A stretch of 64,000 bases of DNA from an uncultured Caldilineaceae bacterium (lineage in GTDB: Bacteria > Chloroflexota > Anaerolineae > Caldilineales > Caldilineaceae), in contig CAZYSJ010000005.1 of NCBI GenBank assembly GCA_964649875.1, positions 6,757-70,756 on the forward strand, given 5' to 3'. Below, piece by piece: positions 20,941 through 32,997 of the stretch (positions are counted from its first letter, which is position 1; the number at the start of each line of letters is the position of its first letter). The notes under the pieces were generated by a model. The model was given only the letters and a program-made list of their open reading frames with translations. It searched no databases and was not told the DNA's origin. The translations under genes and the position numbers were made by a program.

Positions 20941-21897
20941 CTAGGCCAAAATGAGCTGTTCAGAAATGCTCGCGCCTCGATAGATGCGCTGGATGATGTC
21001 CGCCAGCAGAGGCGCAATCGAAAGCACCTCGATCTTCGAGGTGCGCTTCTCCGGGGGGACCGGCAAAGTATTCGTCACAACCAATTTCTCGATCCGGTCA
21101 TCCGCCGCCAGCCGCTCCAGCGCGGTCGGCAGCAGCACCGGGTGCGTAATGGCAAAATAGGCGCGGCCTTCGGCGCCGTTTTCATACAGCGCGTCCACCT
21201 GCTTGAGCACGCTGCCGCCTGCCATGATATCGTCGATGATAATTGGGCGCCGCCCCGCCATATCGCCCACCACGCGCGTCGTCTCCGCGGTCTCGAAGCT
21301 TGTGCGCCGCTTCTGCATAATCACCAGCGGCAGGTTGAGCAACTCGGCGTACTTGCCGGCAAGACCGGCGCGGCCCAAATCCGGGCTGACGATGGCGGCG
21401 TTAGCGAATTTAGGCTGCCGGAAATAGTCCGCCAGCAACGGCAGCGCACTCAACGGATCGACAGGAATGTTGAAAAAACCCTGGATAGCGCGGCTGTGAA
21501 TATCTACGAAGATGACCCGCCGCGCGCCCTGCATCTCCAACATATTCGCCACAACGCGCGCGCTAATCGCCTCCCTGCCCTGCGCCATGCGCTCCTGCCG
21601 AGCGTAGGGGAAATAGGGCACGACCACGCTCACGCTGTGAGCGCTCGCCCGCCGGAACGCATCCAGATAGAGCAGCAACTCCATCAGGTTGTCGTTCACC
21701 GGCGCCGGGCAGGGTTGAATAATGAAGATATCCTGATCTCGCACAACCTCATCCACCTGCACGTGGATCTCGCTGTCCGGCAAATGCCGCGTAGTGGCGC
21801 GGCCCAATGGCACGCCCAGGATCGAGGCGATGCCCTCGGCCAGTTCGGGATGCGCCGAACCGGCGAATATGCGCAGACGATGATATGATTCAGCCAT
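20941..21897 (-). CDS. prs: Ribose-phosphate pyrophosphokinase
   Basis: [25 protein letters not shown], and the PRPP-binding loop [13 protein letters not shown]. Confidence 0.95.
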   Translation of the reverse strand: MAESYHRLRIFAGSAHPELAEGIASILGVPLGRATTRHLPDSEIHVQVDEVVRDQDIFIIQPCPAPVNDNLMELLLYLDAFRRASAHSVSVVVPYFPYARQERMAQGREAISARVVANMLEMQGARRVIFVDIHSRAIQGFFNIPVDPLSALPLLADYFRQPKFANAAIVSPDLGRAGLAGKYAELLNLPLVIMQKRRTSFETAETTRVVGDMAGRRPIIIDDIMAGGSVLKQVDALYENGAEGRAYFAITHPVLLPTALERLAADDRIEKLVVTNTLPVPPEKRTSKIEVLSIAPLLADIIQRIYRGASISEQLILA

Positions 21898-22062
21898 TGC
21901 TTTCTTCCATCATCTAGTTGCCGGCATCCGGCCAGTGCCGCGTCTTCTCGCCTAATGCCATCTCGCGTGGCATCACCCATTCCGCCGCCGGATACCGCAT
22001 ATGGTAGCATATTACCACATGCGCCAAAAAGATCGTTGGGCTCCACACCGTAAGGCTTCGCC

Positions 22063-22683
22063 ATGCACAAACTCGTCATCGCCACACACAACCAGGGAAA
22101 ACTGCTCGAGTACCGCCAACTCTTGGCCGATCTGCCGCTGGAAGTCGTCTCGCTCGATGACCTGGGCATTACCGTCGATGTGAACGAAACCGGCCAAACC
22201 TTTGCGGAGAACGCCCGGCTGAAAGCGCAGGCCTACGCCAAAATGACCGGCCTCGCAACTTGGGCGGACGACAGCGGGCTGGAGGTGGACGCGCTCGACG
22301 GGCGGCCCGGCGTCTACTCGGCGCGCTACGGCGGCCCCGGCCTATCCGACCCGGATCGCGTGCGCCTCCTGCTGCAAGAGATGGACGGCCTGCCCGCGCC
22401 GCAACGCACGGCGCGCTTTCGTTGCGCCGTCGCCATCGCCCTGCCCGACGGCTCCCTCCACACCGTCGAAGATGCGGTCGAAGGCCTCATTGCCGGCGCG
22501 CCGCGTGGAGACAACGGCTTCGGCTACGACCCGGTTTTTCTGCTGCCCGACCGCAGCCTCACCATGGCCGAGTTGCCGCCCGCAGTGAAGAACCTCATCA
22601 GCCACCGCGGCAAAGCGGCACGCGCCGCCAAGCTCCTCATCGCACAGATCATCGGCCAGATGCCCTCGCACAGACAAGATTGA
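22063..22683 (+). CDS. rdgB: Non-canonical purine NTP pyrophosphatase (RdgB/HAM1)
   Basis: [35 protein letters not shown] and GFGYDPVF. Confidence 0.9.
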   Translation: MHKLVIATHNQGKLLEYRQLLADLPLEVVSLDDLGITVDVNETGQTFAENARLKAQAYAKMTGLATWADDSGLEVDALDGRPGVYSARYGGPGLSDPDRVRLLLQEMDGLPAPQRTARFRCAVAIALPDGSLHTVEDAVEGLIAGAPRGDNGFGYDPVFLLPDRSLTMAELPPAVKNLISHRGKAARAAKLLIAQIIGQMPSHRQD

Positions 22684-22708
22684 TCTATCTTCCGATTCGG
22701 ACTAGAAT
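22680..22708 (+). promoter_or_regulatory. Candidate promoter of the dha/glp cluster
   Basis: TTGATC (22680-22685, overlapping the rdgB stop), 17-nt spacer, TAGAAT (22703-22708). The leader would be about 100 nt and contains GGACTA/TAGTCC and GGAGA/TCTCC hairpins. Confidence 0.35.
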
Positions 22709-22817
22709 GACACGCGCAGGAATTTAGTCCATGCGCACCCGAACGGAGAATAGGTCTCCGTCTCCCGCGCCACGTTCGCATCCTGACCGGAGCGGCGATT
22801 CGACGCCGTCCGCCGCC

Positions 22818-23804
22818 ATGCAGAAGATCATCAACAACCCAGCAGACGCCGCCCTGGAAAGCCTGCAAGGGTTCGAGCTTGCCTTTCGACGCCTCCTGCG
22901 CGTTTCCTATCACCCCAACTTTGTCTGGCGGAGAGATGCGCCGGTCACCGGCAAAGTCTCCATCATCAGCGGCAGCGGCAGCGGTCACGAACCGCTCAAC
23001 ATCGGCTACGTGGGGCCGGGCATGTTGGATGCCGCCTGCCCCGGCGCCGTCTTCACCAGCCCCACGCCCGACCAATACCTCTCCGCCATTCGCGCCGTCT
23101 ATGGCGGAGCGGGCGCGCTCTTCGTCGTCAAGAATTTCGGCGGCGGCGTGCTAAACACCGAGGTGGCGCTGGAACTCGCCCGCGATGAGGGCTACGATGT
23201 CGCCTCCGTGCTGATCAACGACGATGTTTCCATCGATCAACCCGACAACCGGCGCGGCATGGGGGCCGCCATCCTAGTCGAAAAGATCGCCGGGGCCGCC
23301 GCCGAAGCCGGCCAGACGCTGGACGAAGTGATGGCGCTGGCGCAGCGCACCAGCAGCCAAACGCGCAGCATGGCCGTTGCGCTCAGCAGCTGCACTTCGC
23401 CCTATGTCGGACACCCCACCTTCGACCTGCCCCCGGATCAGATGGAAGTGGGCGTAGGCATCCACGGCGAACCGGGGCGCTACCGCACCGCGCTCGTATC
23501 GGCCAAACAGATCGTCGATATCCTGATGGAACCAATCGTGAGCGACTTGACCCTGCACGCAGACGATCGCGTCCTGGTTCTGGTCAGCGGCCTCGGCGCA
23601 ACGCCTCGCCAGGAGCTTTTCATCGTGTTCCGGCACATCTACGACCTGCTACAGCAACGCTCGATCACCGTCGAGCGTCAACTGGTCGGCAACTACATCA
23701 CCAGCCTAGACATGGCGGGCTGCATGGTGACGCTTTTGCGTCTCGATCCGGAGTTGACTGCGCTGTGGGACGCTCCGGTGCACACCCCGGCCCTGCATTG
23801 GTAG
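22818..23804 (+). CDS. dhaK: Dihydroxyacetone kinase subunit DhaK
   Basis: MQKIINNPADAALESLQGF...VSIISGSGSGHEP...FVVKNFGGGVLN are DhaK motifs. Confidence 0.9.
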   Translation: MQKIINNPADAALESLQGFELAFRRLLRVSYHPNFVWRRDAPVTGKVSIISGSGSGHEPLNIGYVGPGMLDAACPGAVFTSPTPDQYLSAIRAVYGGAGALFVVKNFGGGVLNTEVALELARDEGYDVASVLINDDVSIDQPDNRRGMGAAILVEKIAGAAAEAGQTLDEVMALAQRTSSQTRSMAVALSSCTSPYVGHPTFDLPPDQMEVGVGIHGEPGRYRTALVSAKQIVDILMEPIVSDLTLHADDRVLVLVSGLGATPRQELFIVFRHIYDLLQQRSITVERQLVGNYITSLDMAGCMVTLLRLDPELTALWDAPVHTPALHW

Positions 23805-23817
23805 AGGATATCAGGCA

Positions 23818-24483
23818 ATGAGCCAGGACATTACACTGGCGCAGTTCCGGCGTTGGCTGTCGCTCTTCGCCGAACAAGTCCAGGAGCAGGTAGACCTTCT
23901 CACCGAACTCGACGCCGCCATCGGCGATGCAGACCACGGCGCCAACATGCAACGCGGCATGCGCAAAGTGCAGGAACGCCTGAAAGACCCCGCCGCGACC
24001 GGCGACGACATCGGCAGCCTGTTCCGCAGCATCGCCATGACGCTGATCAGCACGGTGGGCGGGGCGGCCGGTCCGCTCTTCGGCGCCTTCTTCCTGCGTG
24101 CAGCCAAAGATGTCGACGGAACCGACGCGGTCTCGCTCGAGCAACTGGCCGCCATGTTCCGCAGCGGGCTGGAAGGCGTCCAACAGCGCGGCAAGGCGCA
24201 GATCGAGGAGAAGACCATGATCGACGCCCTGCAGCCCGCCGTAGAAGCGCTCGAAGCCGCGGTGGCGGAAGGGCTGGACGCCGCAGCCGCCCTCGACCGT
24301 GCGCTCGAAGCCGCCCGGCTCGGCATGATCCATACCGCAGAGCTTCAGGCAAGCAAGGGCCGGGCCAGCTACCTTGGCCCCCGCTCGATTGGACATCAAG
24401 ACCCTGGCGCCACCAGCGCCTTCTATCTGATCAAATCAGCCGCCGCCACGCTCGGCAGGCAATTACAGGCCGAGGAGATCTAG
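23818..24483 (+). CDS. dhaL: Dihydroxyacetone kinase subunit DhaL (ADP-binding)
   Basis: LTELDAAIGDADHGANMQRG and GGAAGPLFG. Confidence 0.9.
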   Translation: MSQDITLAQFRRWLSLFAEQVQEQVDLLTELDAAIGDADHGANMQRGMRKVQERLKDPAATGDDIGSLFRSIAMTLISTVGGAAGPLFGAFFLRAAKDVDGTDAVSLEQLAAMFRSGLEGVQQRGKAQIEEKTMIDALQPAVEALEAAVAEGLDAAAALDRALEAARLGMIHTAELQASKGRASYLGPRSIGHQDPGATSAFYLIKSAAATLGRQLQAEEI

Positions 24484-24590
24484 CCGGCGCGACGCCTATT
24501 TAGAACTTTCAGAGTGTGCGTCCCGCTTTGCATTTCTTGGCCGCGGGCGAGCGCCTAAACCGTCTAGCGAAAAGAAAGAGACCACGATTC

Positions 24591-26096
<1,506 letters not shown>

Positions 26097-26102
26097 AACG
26101 TT

Positions 26103-26513
26103 GTGATCGCCCTGATTATCGTCTCGCACTGCCATGATATTGCCGAAGGCGTCTGCCGTCTCGCCGCCGAAATGACACAAACGCCCGTGCCCATCGCCGG
26201 CATCGGCGGCATTGTCGACGAAAACGGACAGCGCCAAATCGGCACCGACGCCACAGCCGTCTTGGCGGCCATCGAGGAGTGCTGGCGTCCCGCGGGGGTG
26301 CTCATCCTCGTCGACCTGGGCAGCGCCATTCTCAGCGCCGAAACCGCGCTCGAACTGCTGCCCGACGACCAGCGCGAGCGTTGTCTGATCAGCAACGCAC
26401 CCCTTGTCGAGGGCGCGGTCGTCGCCGCCCTAGAAGCCAGCCTGGGCCACAGCCTCGAAGACGTCAACGCCGCCGCCGAAGCGGTGCGAAACCTGGATAA
26501 GGTGTTACGCTAG
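26103..26513 (+). CDS. dhaM: PTS-dependent dihydroxyacetone kinase phosphotransferase subunit DhaM (EIIA-Man-like domain only)
   Basis: MIALIIVSHCHDIAEG (phospho-His context) and LILVDLGSA. 136 aa with a GTG start. Confidence 0.8.
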   Translation: MIALIIVSHCHDIAEGVCRLAAEMTQTPVPIAGIGGIVDENGQRQIGTDATAVLAAIEECWRPAGVLILVDLGSAILSAETALELLPDDQRERCLISNAPLVEGAVVAALEASLGHSLEDVNAAAEAVRNLDKVLR

Positions 26514-26803
26514 TGGATGCTGCCAAACCTGCCGCCATCACCGTCACGATTGCCAACCCGAACGGGCTTCACCTGCGCGTGGGCAAAGAGATGGTGTACA
26601 TAGCGAACCGCTTCCAAGCCGACATCACGGCCGAAAACCTGACGCGCCCTTCTCCGGTCGTGGACGTCAAAAGCATCCTCCAGATCATGCAGTTGCAAGC
26701 CCGCACCGGCCATACGATTCGCATCTCCGCCGACGGCCCCGACGCTGACGCAGCGCTCGATGCCTTGCGTGAATTGCTTGCACCAACAGGATCGCCGGTC
26801 TAA
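26513..26803 (+). CDS. HPr-family phosphocarrier protein
   Basis: VTIANPNGLHLRVGKEMV (active-site His context) and VDVKSILQIMQL (Ser46-like context). 96 aa. The GTG start overlaps the dhaM stop by 1 nt. Confidence 0.75.
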   Translation: MDAAKPAAITVTIANPNGLHLRVGKEMVYIANRFQADITAENLTRPSPVVDVKSILQIMQLQARTGHTIRISADGPDADAALDALRELLAPTGSPV

Positions 26804-26809
26804 ACGCCT

Positions 26810-28498
26810 ATGCAGACCTTCTCCGGCCTCATTGCGGCGCCCGGCATCGGTATCGGCGCGGTCGCTGTTTACCGCCCCGATCAGGTCGCCCCGCCGCACC
26901 CGACGACGAAAGCCGGCGTTGACCCCGAAACGGAGTGGCGTCACTTCCTCGACGCCCAGGCCGAGGTCGATGCCGAACTGGAGCAACTCTGCGCCAACCC
27001 CAATTCCCTGGTCGCCGAGATCTTCGCAGCCCACCGCGTCATGCTCCACGACCAAACCCTAATTGACGCCGTCCGCGCCAACATCGTCGAGCATGGCGAG
27101 GGCGCGGCCGCAGCAACCTTCGACGCCATCACCGACCTCAGCAAGCTCTTCACATCGTTCGACGACGAGTACTTCGCCGGCCGCGCCTCAGATATCGTCG
27201 ACCTGGGCCGGCGTTTGTTGGCGCGCCTGGGCGCACAGGTCAACCGGCTTGAGCTGGCAAACCTGCCCGAAGGCACGATCCTCATCGCCGAAGACCTAAA
27301 TCCAAGCGAACTAACCCAGCTATCGCCCGAGCGTGTCGCCGGCATCGCTCTCGCCAAAAGCACGCCCACCGCTCACTCGGCCATCCTCGCCCGCAGCCTC
27401 GGCATCCCCCTGGCCTGCGCGCTGGGCCACGAAATTCTACACATCAGCCCCGGCGGCCTGGCTGTAGTCGACGGCTTCCGCGGCCAATTGCATATCGGCA
27501 TGGATGAAGGTCAGGTGCAGACCTTCGAGCGGCGTCGCCGGCAGTTCCTAGACTCCCAGGCCACGGCGATCGACCACGCCCGCGCCCCCGCGGTGACGCG
27601 CGACGGCGTTGCCATCCCTGTGCGCGCCAACGCCAACAACCCCAAAGAGGTGGCCCACAGCGCCGTTGTCGGCGCAGACGGCATCGGCCTCTTGCGCAGC
27701 GAGTACCTGTTCCGCTCGCGCGTCGCGCCGCCTCCGCTGGAGGAACAAGTGCAGACCTATGCGGGCTTCTTGGCGCAGGTCTCCTCCCAACTGACGGTGC
27801 GCGCTCTCGACGCCGGCGGCGACAAGCCGGTTCACTACCTGACGCACCAAGTCGAAGACAACCCGTTCCTGGGGCTGCGCGGCATCCGCCTGCTCATTGA
27901 AGAGCCGGACATCCTCCTGACGCAGTATCGCGCCCTACAAACCGCCGCAGCAGCCTCTAACGACGTCGAGGCGCGCTTTATGCTGCCCATGATCAGCACC
28001 GTGGAAGAGGTCGTTACGGTGCGGCGCCTCCTCTCCGAACTGCCGTCCGACCTGCCCCCGCTGTGTCTCGGCATCATGATCGAGGTGCCTTCCGCTGCGC
28101 TGATCGCACAGACGCTCGCCCCGCTGGTCGACTTCTTCAGCATCGGCACCAACGATTTGTCCCAATACGTGCTGGCGAGCGACCGCACCAACAGCACCGT
28201 CGCGCGCATGGCCGACCCGCTGCACCCCGCCGTCTTGCGCCTCATCCAGATGACGTGCGACGCCGCCCGCACCTACAACAAGCCCGTCTCCCTCTGCGGC
28301 GAAATCTCCGGCGATCCGATTGCCGTCCCGCTGCTGCTTGGCCTCGGCGTCACCGAATTGAGCGCCCCCCTGCCCGCAGTGCCGCTTATCAAAGAAACCA
28401 TCCGCACCCTCGACCTGGACGACTGCCGGCGCCTGGCGCGCCAGGCCCTGGCCTGCCCTTCCGGCGAACGCGTGCGCGACCTGCTTGCACAGCCTTGA
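26810..28498 (+). CDS. ptsI: Phosphoenolpyruvate-protein phosphotransferase (PTS enzyme I), full length
   Basis: The phospho-His region GIALAKSTPTAHSAILARSLGIP, GIGLLRSEYLF, and the C-terminal PEP-utilizer signature FFSIGTNDLSQY...CGE. 562 aa. Confidence 0.9.
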   Translation: MQTFSGLIAAPGIGIGAVAVYRPDQVAPPHPTTKAGVDPETEWRHFLDAQAEVDAELEQLCANPNSLVAEIFAAHRVMLHDQTLIDAVRANIVEHGEGAAAATFDAITDLSKLFTSFDDEYFAGRASDIVDLGRRLLARLGAQVNRLELANLPEGTILIAEDLNPSELTQLSPERVAGIALAKSTPTAHSAILARSLGIPLACALGHEILHISPGGLAVVDGFRGQLHIGMDEGQVQTFERRRRQFLDSQATAIDHARAPAVTRDGVAIPVRANANNPKEVAHSAVVGADGIGLLRSEYLFRSRVAPPPLEEQVQTYAGFLAQVSSQLTVRALDAGGDKPVHYLTHQVEDNPFLGLRGIRLLIEEPDILLTQYRALQTAAAASNDVEARFMLPMISTVEEVVTVRRLLSELPSDLPPLCLGIMIEVPSAALIAQTLAPLVDFFSIGTNDLSQYVLASDRTNSTVARMADPLHPAVLRLIQMTCDAARTYNKPVSLCGEISGDPIAVPLLLGLGVTELSAPLPAVPLIKETIRTLDLDDCRRLARQALACPSGERVRDLLAQP

Positions 28499-28557
28499 CG
28501 CCGTAGGTCGTCCGACCAATCCTTTTGAACTGCACAGAACATGGTAAAATCTTGCCT

Positions 28558-30306
28558 ATGACACACCCCATGCAACGCATCGACACGGAGATTCTGGTCA
28601 TTGGCGGCGGGTCCACGGGAACCGGCGTAGCCTGGGATGCCGCGCTGCGCGGCTTCAAAGTCGTCCTGGCCGAAAAGCGCGACCTCACCCACGGCACTAC
28701 CGGGCGCTATCATGGCCTGCTGCACAGCGGCGGGCGCTATGTCGTCAAAGACCCGCAAAGCGCTGTCGAGTGCATCCACGAAAACCGCATCTTGCGCCGC
28801 ACCCACGCCCACTGCATCGAAGAGACCGGCGGCTTCTTCGTCGTTACGCCAGAGGACGAGGGCGACTACCCGGACCGCTTCAAAGGCGCCTGCGCCGAAC
28901 TGGGCTTGCCCTGCACCGAAATCTCCCCAGCAGAAGCGCTGCGCCGCGAGCCGCTCCTCAACCGGCGCATCAGCCGCGTCTTCGAGGTGGATGACGGCGC
29001 GGCCGACAGCTTTCTCGCCACGCACGTCACCGCACAGGCCGCGCAGTCAGCCGGTGCGCACTTCCTCGTCTACCACGAGGTCGTCGACCTCCTCGTCGAA
29101 GGGGCGGACGGCGAGCGCCGCGTGGTCGGAGCCAAGCTCCGCGACATGACCACGGGCGAAGAGATGCTCGTCTATGCCGATCTGGTTATCAATGCAGCCG
29201 GCGCCTGGGCCGGACAGATCACGCAAATGGCCGGCATCGAAGTCCGCGTACTCCCCGGCAAAGGGACCATGGTCGCCATGAACCACCGCGTGGTCAACAC
29301 GGTGCTCAACCGCTGCAAGATGCCCTCAGACGGCGACATCATCGTGCCGATTCACACCGTCGCGGTCATCGGCACCACCGATGAAAAAGTTGCAGACCCG
29401 GAAAACCTGCGCATCGAACCGTGGGAAGTGCAGTTGATGCTGCAAGAAGGGGAAAAGTTGGTTCCGGGCATCAGCCAGGCGCGTGCACTGCGCGCCTGGG
29501 CGGGCGTCCGGCCTCTCTACCAAGAAGGCTTCAGCGGCGACACCCGCAACGCCACCCGCGCCCTGGCCCTGCTCGACCACCAGGATCGCGATGGCGTCGC
29601 AGGCATACTCACCATCACCGGCGGCAAATGGACCACCTTCCGCCTCATGGCCGAGCAGACCCTAGACGCCGCCTGCCGCCAGCTTGGCGTTCAGCGCCCT
29701 TGCAAGACCGCCGAGACCACCGTCCCCGGCGTCGAGCAGGGCCACTATTGGCTGGGCCACCGCCTGCACGAGGTCGAGGATCACCGGCTCCAGGGTGAGT
29801 TGATCTGCGAATGCGAGCTGGTCACCCGCGCCATGCTGGAGCACGCCGCCGCACACAACCCAACCGTGACGCTGGACGACCTGCGCCGCGATGTTCGCCT
29901 GGGCATGGGCCCCTGCCAGGGCGGCTTCTGCACCTACCGCGCCGTGGGCGTGCTCCACGAGAACGCCGCCGCCCAAGGACAGACCGCACAGCCCGACCGC
30001 CGCAAGCCGTGGAATATCGCGGCCATGCAGTCGCCCGCCCACCCCGTGGCAGCGAGCCGTCAACCCGCCGCCCCGACGCCCGCTTTCGAGCCGAACCTGC
30101 TCCTGCGCGATTTCCTGCAGGAGCGCTGGAAGGGCGTCACACCCATCCTGTGGGGATCGCAACTCAAACAGGAGCGGCTGGACCAGTTGATTTACCTAAG
30201 CCTGATGAATGCCAACCACCTGCCCGACGACCACCTGCGCAGCCCGCTCAGCGAGTTTTACCGCTTCACCTCGGTGCAGGAAGGCGAAGACCCGGCTGCG
30301 TCGTGA
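28558..30306 (+). CDS. glpA: Anaerobic glycerol-3-phosphate dehydrogenase subunit A
   Basis: FAD fold ILVIGGGSTGTGVAWDAALRG, HGLLHSGGRY, and the BFD-like 2Fe-2S segment CECELV...GMGPCQGGFC. Confidence 0.9.
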   Translation: MTHPMQRIDTEILVIGGGSTGTGVAWDAALRGFKVVLAEKRDLTHGTTGRYHGLLHSGGRYVVKDPQSAVECIHENRILRRTHAHCIEETGGFFVVTPEDEGDYPDRFKGACAELGLPCTEISPAEALRREPLLNRRISRVFEVDDGAADSFLATHVTAQAAQSAGAHFLVYHEVVDLLVEGADGERRVVGAKLRDMTTGEEMLVYADLVINAAGAWAGQITQMAGIEVRVLPGKGTMVAMNHRVVNTVLNRCKMPSDGDIIVPIHTVAVIGTTDEKVADPENLRIEPWEVQLMLQEGEKLVPGISQARALRAWAGVRPLYQEGFSGDTRNATRALALLDHQDRDGVAGILTITGGKWTTFRLMAEQTLDAACRQLGVQRPCKTAETTVPGVEQGHYWLGHRLHEVEDHRLQGELICECELVTRAMLEHAAAHNPTVTLDDLRRDVRLGMGPCQGGFCTYRAVGVLHENAAAQGQTAQPDRRKPWNIAAMQSPAHPVAASRQPAAPTPAFEPNLLLRDFLQERWKGVTPILWGSQLKQERLDQLIYLSLMNANHLPDDHLRSPLSEFYRFTSVQEGEDPAAS

Positions 30307-30388
30307 GCCGCGACCCGCAGAGCATCCGCCTATGCTGACAACCGATAACCTATGACGATCGTTACCGCCTGCAAAGGACTCGAACCTG

Positions 30389-31663
30389 ATGCTTGACCTG
30401 CTGGTGATCGGCGCCGGTCTAGCCGGCCTCAGCGCCGCGCTGACCGCGGCGGAAGCGGGGCTGAATGTGCGCGTCATTGCCAAAGGCATGGGCGCCCTGC
30501 ACTGGTCCGCCGGAACCGTCGATGTGCTGGGCTACCTGCCGCAGATCGACGCGCCGGTAGAACGCCCCCTGGCGCAGATGTCCGAACTCGACCCGGCGCA
30601 CCCCTACGCCCTCTGCGGCGCAGAGAACGTGCGCGCCGCCCTGGTTTGGTTTCAGTCCCACGGCGCCGAGCAGGGCCTGCCCTATGTCGGCGCCGACGAC
30701 GAAGCCAACGCCTGGCTGCCCTCGCCCGCCGGAGCCAAGCGGCCCGCCTACCTCGTCCCCGCCGCCCAATCCGCCGGCGCGCTGGATCGCCCCGACCCGA
30801 TGCTGATCGTGGGGCTGCAAGGCATGCGCGACTTCTACCCGGCGCTGATCGCCGACAACCTGGGCAAGCAGGGCGTTTCCGCTAGGGCGGCGTTCGTCCC
30901 CATCGGCGAGATCACCGACCGTCGCGACGCCAACACCATTCACCTCGCCCAAGCCTTCGAACAACCGCAGCGCCGCCGCCGCTTTGCCGAAGCGCTGGCC
31001 CGCCTCGTCCGCCCCGGCGAGCGCATCGGCCTGCCCGCCATCCTCGGCCTGGACGACCATGCAACCGTCCTGTCCGACCTGCAAACCGTCGCCGGAGCGC
31101 CCGTCTTCGAGATACCGACCCTGCCGCCCAGCGTGCCGGGCGCGCGTCTCTATCGAGCGTTGCGCAGCCGCTTGCGCCGCTACGGCGTCCGCATCGAGGC
31201 GGGCATGGAGGTTATCGGCTTCTCCGCCGACGGAAAGCGCATCCGCTGGGTGGAGACCGAAACGAGCGCCCGGCCTCTGCGCCACCGCGCCGACGCCTAC
31301 CTGCTGGCGACGGGCGGCATCCTCGGCGGCGGCTTCTCCAGCGATGCCGCAGGCCGCTTCTGGGAAGTCGTGTTCGACCTGCCGCTCAGCTCGCCGCCGG
31401 ACCGCAACCAATGGTTCCGCAGCGATTTTCTCGACCCGCGCGGCCAGCCGATCTTCCAAGCGGGCGTCGAAGTCGACGACGGCTACCGACCCGTCGACGC
31501 AGACGGGCAGCCCGTCTACGACAACCTGCGGGCGGCCGGCGGGCTGCTCGCTCATGCCGACCCGCTGCGCGAACGCAGCTTAGAAGGACTGTCCATTGCC
31601 GCCGGTCGCGGCGCGGCCCTCGCCTTGACCCGCAGCGCCGCACGCCGACCGGCCCACACCTAG
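30389..31663 (+). CDS. glpB: Anaerobic glycerol-3-phosphate dehydrogenase subunit B
   Basis: MLDLLVIGAGLAGLSAALTAAEAG...KGMGALHWSAGTVDVLGY. Its position between glpA and glpC supports the call. Confidence 0.85.
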   Translation: MLDLLVIGAGLAGLSAALTAAEAGLNVRVIAKGMGALHWSAGTVDVLGYLPQIDAPVERPLAQMSELDPAHPYALCGAENVRAALVWFQSHGAEQGLPYVGADDEANAWLPSPAGAKRPAYLVPAAQSAGALDRPDPMLIVGLQGMRDFYPALIADNLGKQGVSARAAFVPIGEITDRRDANTIHLAQAFEQPQRRRRFAEALARLVRPGERIGLPAILGLDDHATVLSDLQTVAGAPVFEIPTLPPSVPGARLYRALRSRLRRYGVRIEAGMEVIGFSADGKRIRWVETETSARPLRHRADAYLLATGGILGGGFSSDAAGRFWEVVFDLPLSSPPDRNQWFRSDFLDPRGQPIFQAGVEVDDGYRPVDADGQPVYDNLRAAGGLLAHADPLRERSLEGLSIAAGRGAALALTRSAARRPAHT

Positions 31664-31692
31664 GCGCATCCGCACGCCGCCGATGGAGCATT

Positions 31693-32964
31693 ATGCACGG
31701 AATCTCTTGGCAATCGGTCGATCACACGCTCGACGCCTGTATCAAATGTAATATCTGTACGACCTACTGCCCTGTGGCCGCGGTGACGGACCTTTTCCCG
31801 GGTCCCAAGTATGCCGGCCCCCAGGCGCAGCGCTTCCGCGAAAACGGGCAGCCTACCTCGCCTGATCACGCCGTAGACTACTGCTCCGGCTGTCGCGTCT
31901 GCAACGAGGTCTGTCCCACCGGCGTACGTATTGCCGAGATGAACGCCCGCGCCCGCGCTCAGATCGCAGAGACCGAGGGCATCCCTCTGCGCAACCGGCT
32001 GCTCGGCCGCAACGAGCTACTGGGCATGGCCGGCAGCTTCGCCCCGCGCCTCGCCAACTTCGGCCTGCACAACCCGGTGAGCCGCGTGCTGGCGGAAAAG
32101 GTCATGGGCATTGCCCGCGAAGCCCCTCTGCCCCGCTGGAGCGTCGACGGCACGTTCGGCGAGTGGATGCACGCCACGCGCCGCGCTCGCCTCAAGGCGG
32201 ACAAAAAGGTCGTCTATTTCCACGGCTGCGCCACCATGTACTACGAGCCGTTCGTTGGCCAGGCGGCTGTTGCCGTCCTCGAACACAACGGCTACGAGGT
32301 GATCGTCCCGCCGCAGAACTGCTGTGGCCTGCCCATGCTGAGCAATGGCGAGTTTACCGCGGCCGAAGCCTATCACCGGCGCAACACGGCCCGACTCAGC
32401 GGCTATGCCCGCGCCGGCATCCCCATCGTCGGCACAAGCACAAGCTGCACGCTCACCCTCAAGGAAGAAGCGCCCGAACTGCTCGACCTGCACGACGACG
32501 CCGTTCAGACGCTGCGCATGGGCGTCTGGGACCTGTTCGAGTGGCTGCGAGAACTGAATGACCAAGGCGAGTTGCGCACCGACTTCCGGCCCATCGAGTT
32601 GACCGTTCCCTACCATGCCCCTTGCCAGCAGCGCGCCCATCGCGTGGGCAAGCCTACGCTCGAACTGCTCAGCCTCATCCCCGGCATCGACGTGCGCGAG
32701 AGCCACGCAGCCTGCTGCGGCATCGCCGGCACTTACGGCTATAAGACGGAGAAATACCGCATCGCCATGGACGTCGGCGCAGAGTTGTTCGACTTTGTGC
32801 ACGCGCAAGGCCCGCACATCGCCTTCTCCGCCTGCGATTCCGAGACCTGCCGCTGGCAGATGGAACACGGGACCGGCATCCCCAGCCGCCACCCTGTCGA
32901 GTTCCTCGCCGCGGCCTATGGCCTCTACGACCTGGAGCGGCGAACGCTCGTCTTACCTGCTTGA
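31693..32964 (+). CDS. glpC: Anaerobic glycerol-3-phosphate dehydrogenase subunit C (Fe-S)
   Basis: Two ferredoxin motifs CIKCNICTTYCP and CSGCRVCNEVCP, plus two CCG-type Cys-rich domains (NCCGLP, ACCGIAG). The upstream part of the ORF (31411-31692) is Arg-rich overlap with glpB and was rejected. Confidence 0.85.
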   Translation: MHGISWQSVDHTLDACIKCNICTTYCPVAAVTDLFPGPKYAGPQAQRFRENGQPTSPDHAVDYCSGCRVCNEVCPTGVRIAEMNARARAQIAETEGIPLRNRLLGRNELLGMAGSFAPRLANFGLHNPVSRVLAEKVMGIAREAPLPRWSVDGTFGEWMHATRRARLKADKKVVYFHGCATMYYEPFVGQAAVAVLEHNGYEVIVPPQNCCGLPMLSNGEFTAAEAYHRRNTARLSGYARAGIPIVGTSTSCTLTLKEEAPELLDLHDDAVQTLRMGVWDLFEWLRELNDQGELRTDFRPIELTVPYHAPCQQRAHRVGKPTLELLSLIPGIDVRESHAACCGIAGTYGYKTEKYRIAMDVGAELFDFVHAQGPHIAFSACDSETCRWQMEHGTGIPSRHPVEFLAAAYGLYDLERRTLVLPA

Positions 32965-32997
32965 CCCAACTATGCGGACACACTACGAGGAGCGCGA

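Noticed and set aside
31411-31692. Upstream extension of the glpC ORF.
   Set aside because: It overlaps the glpB 3' end in another frame and is Arg-rich. The ATG at 31693 gives the conserved ferredoxin-type N-terminus.
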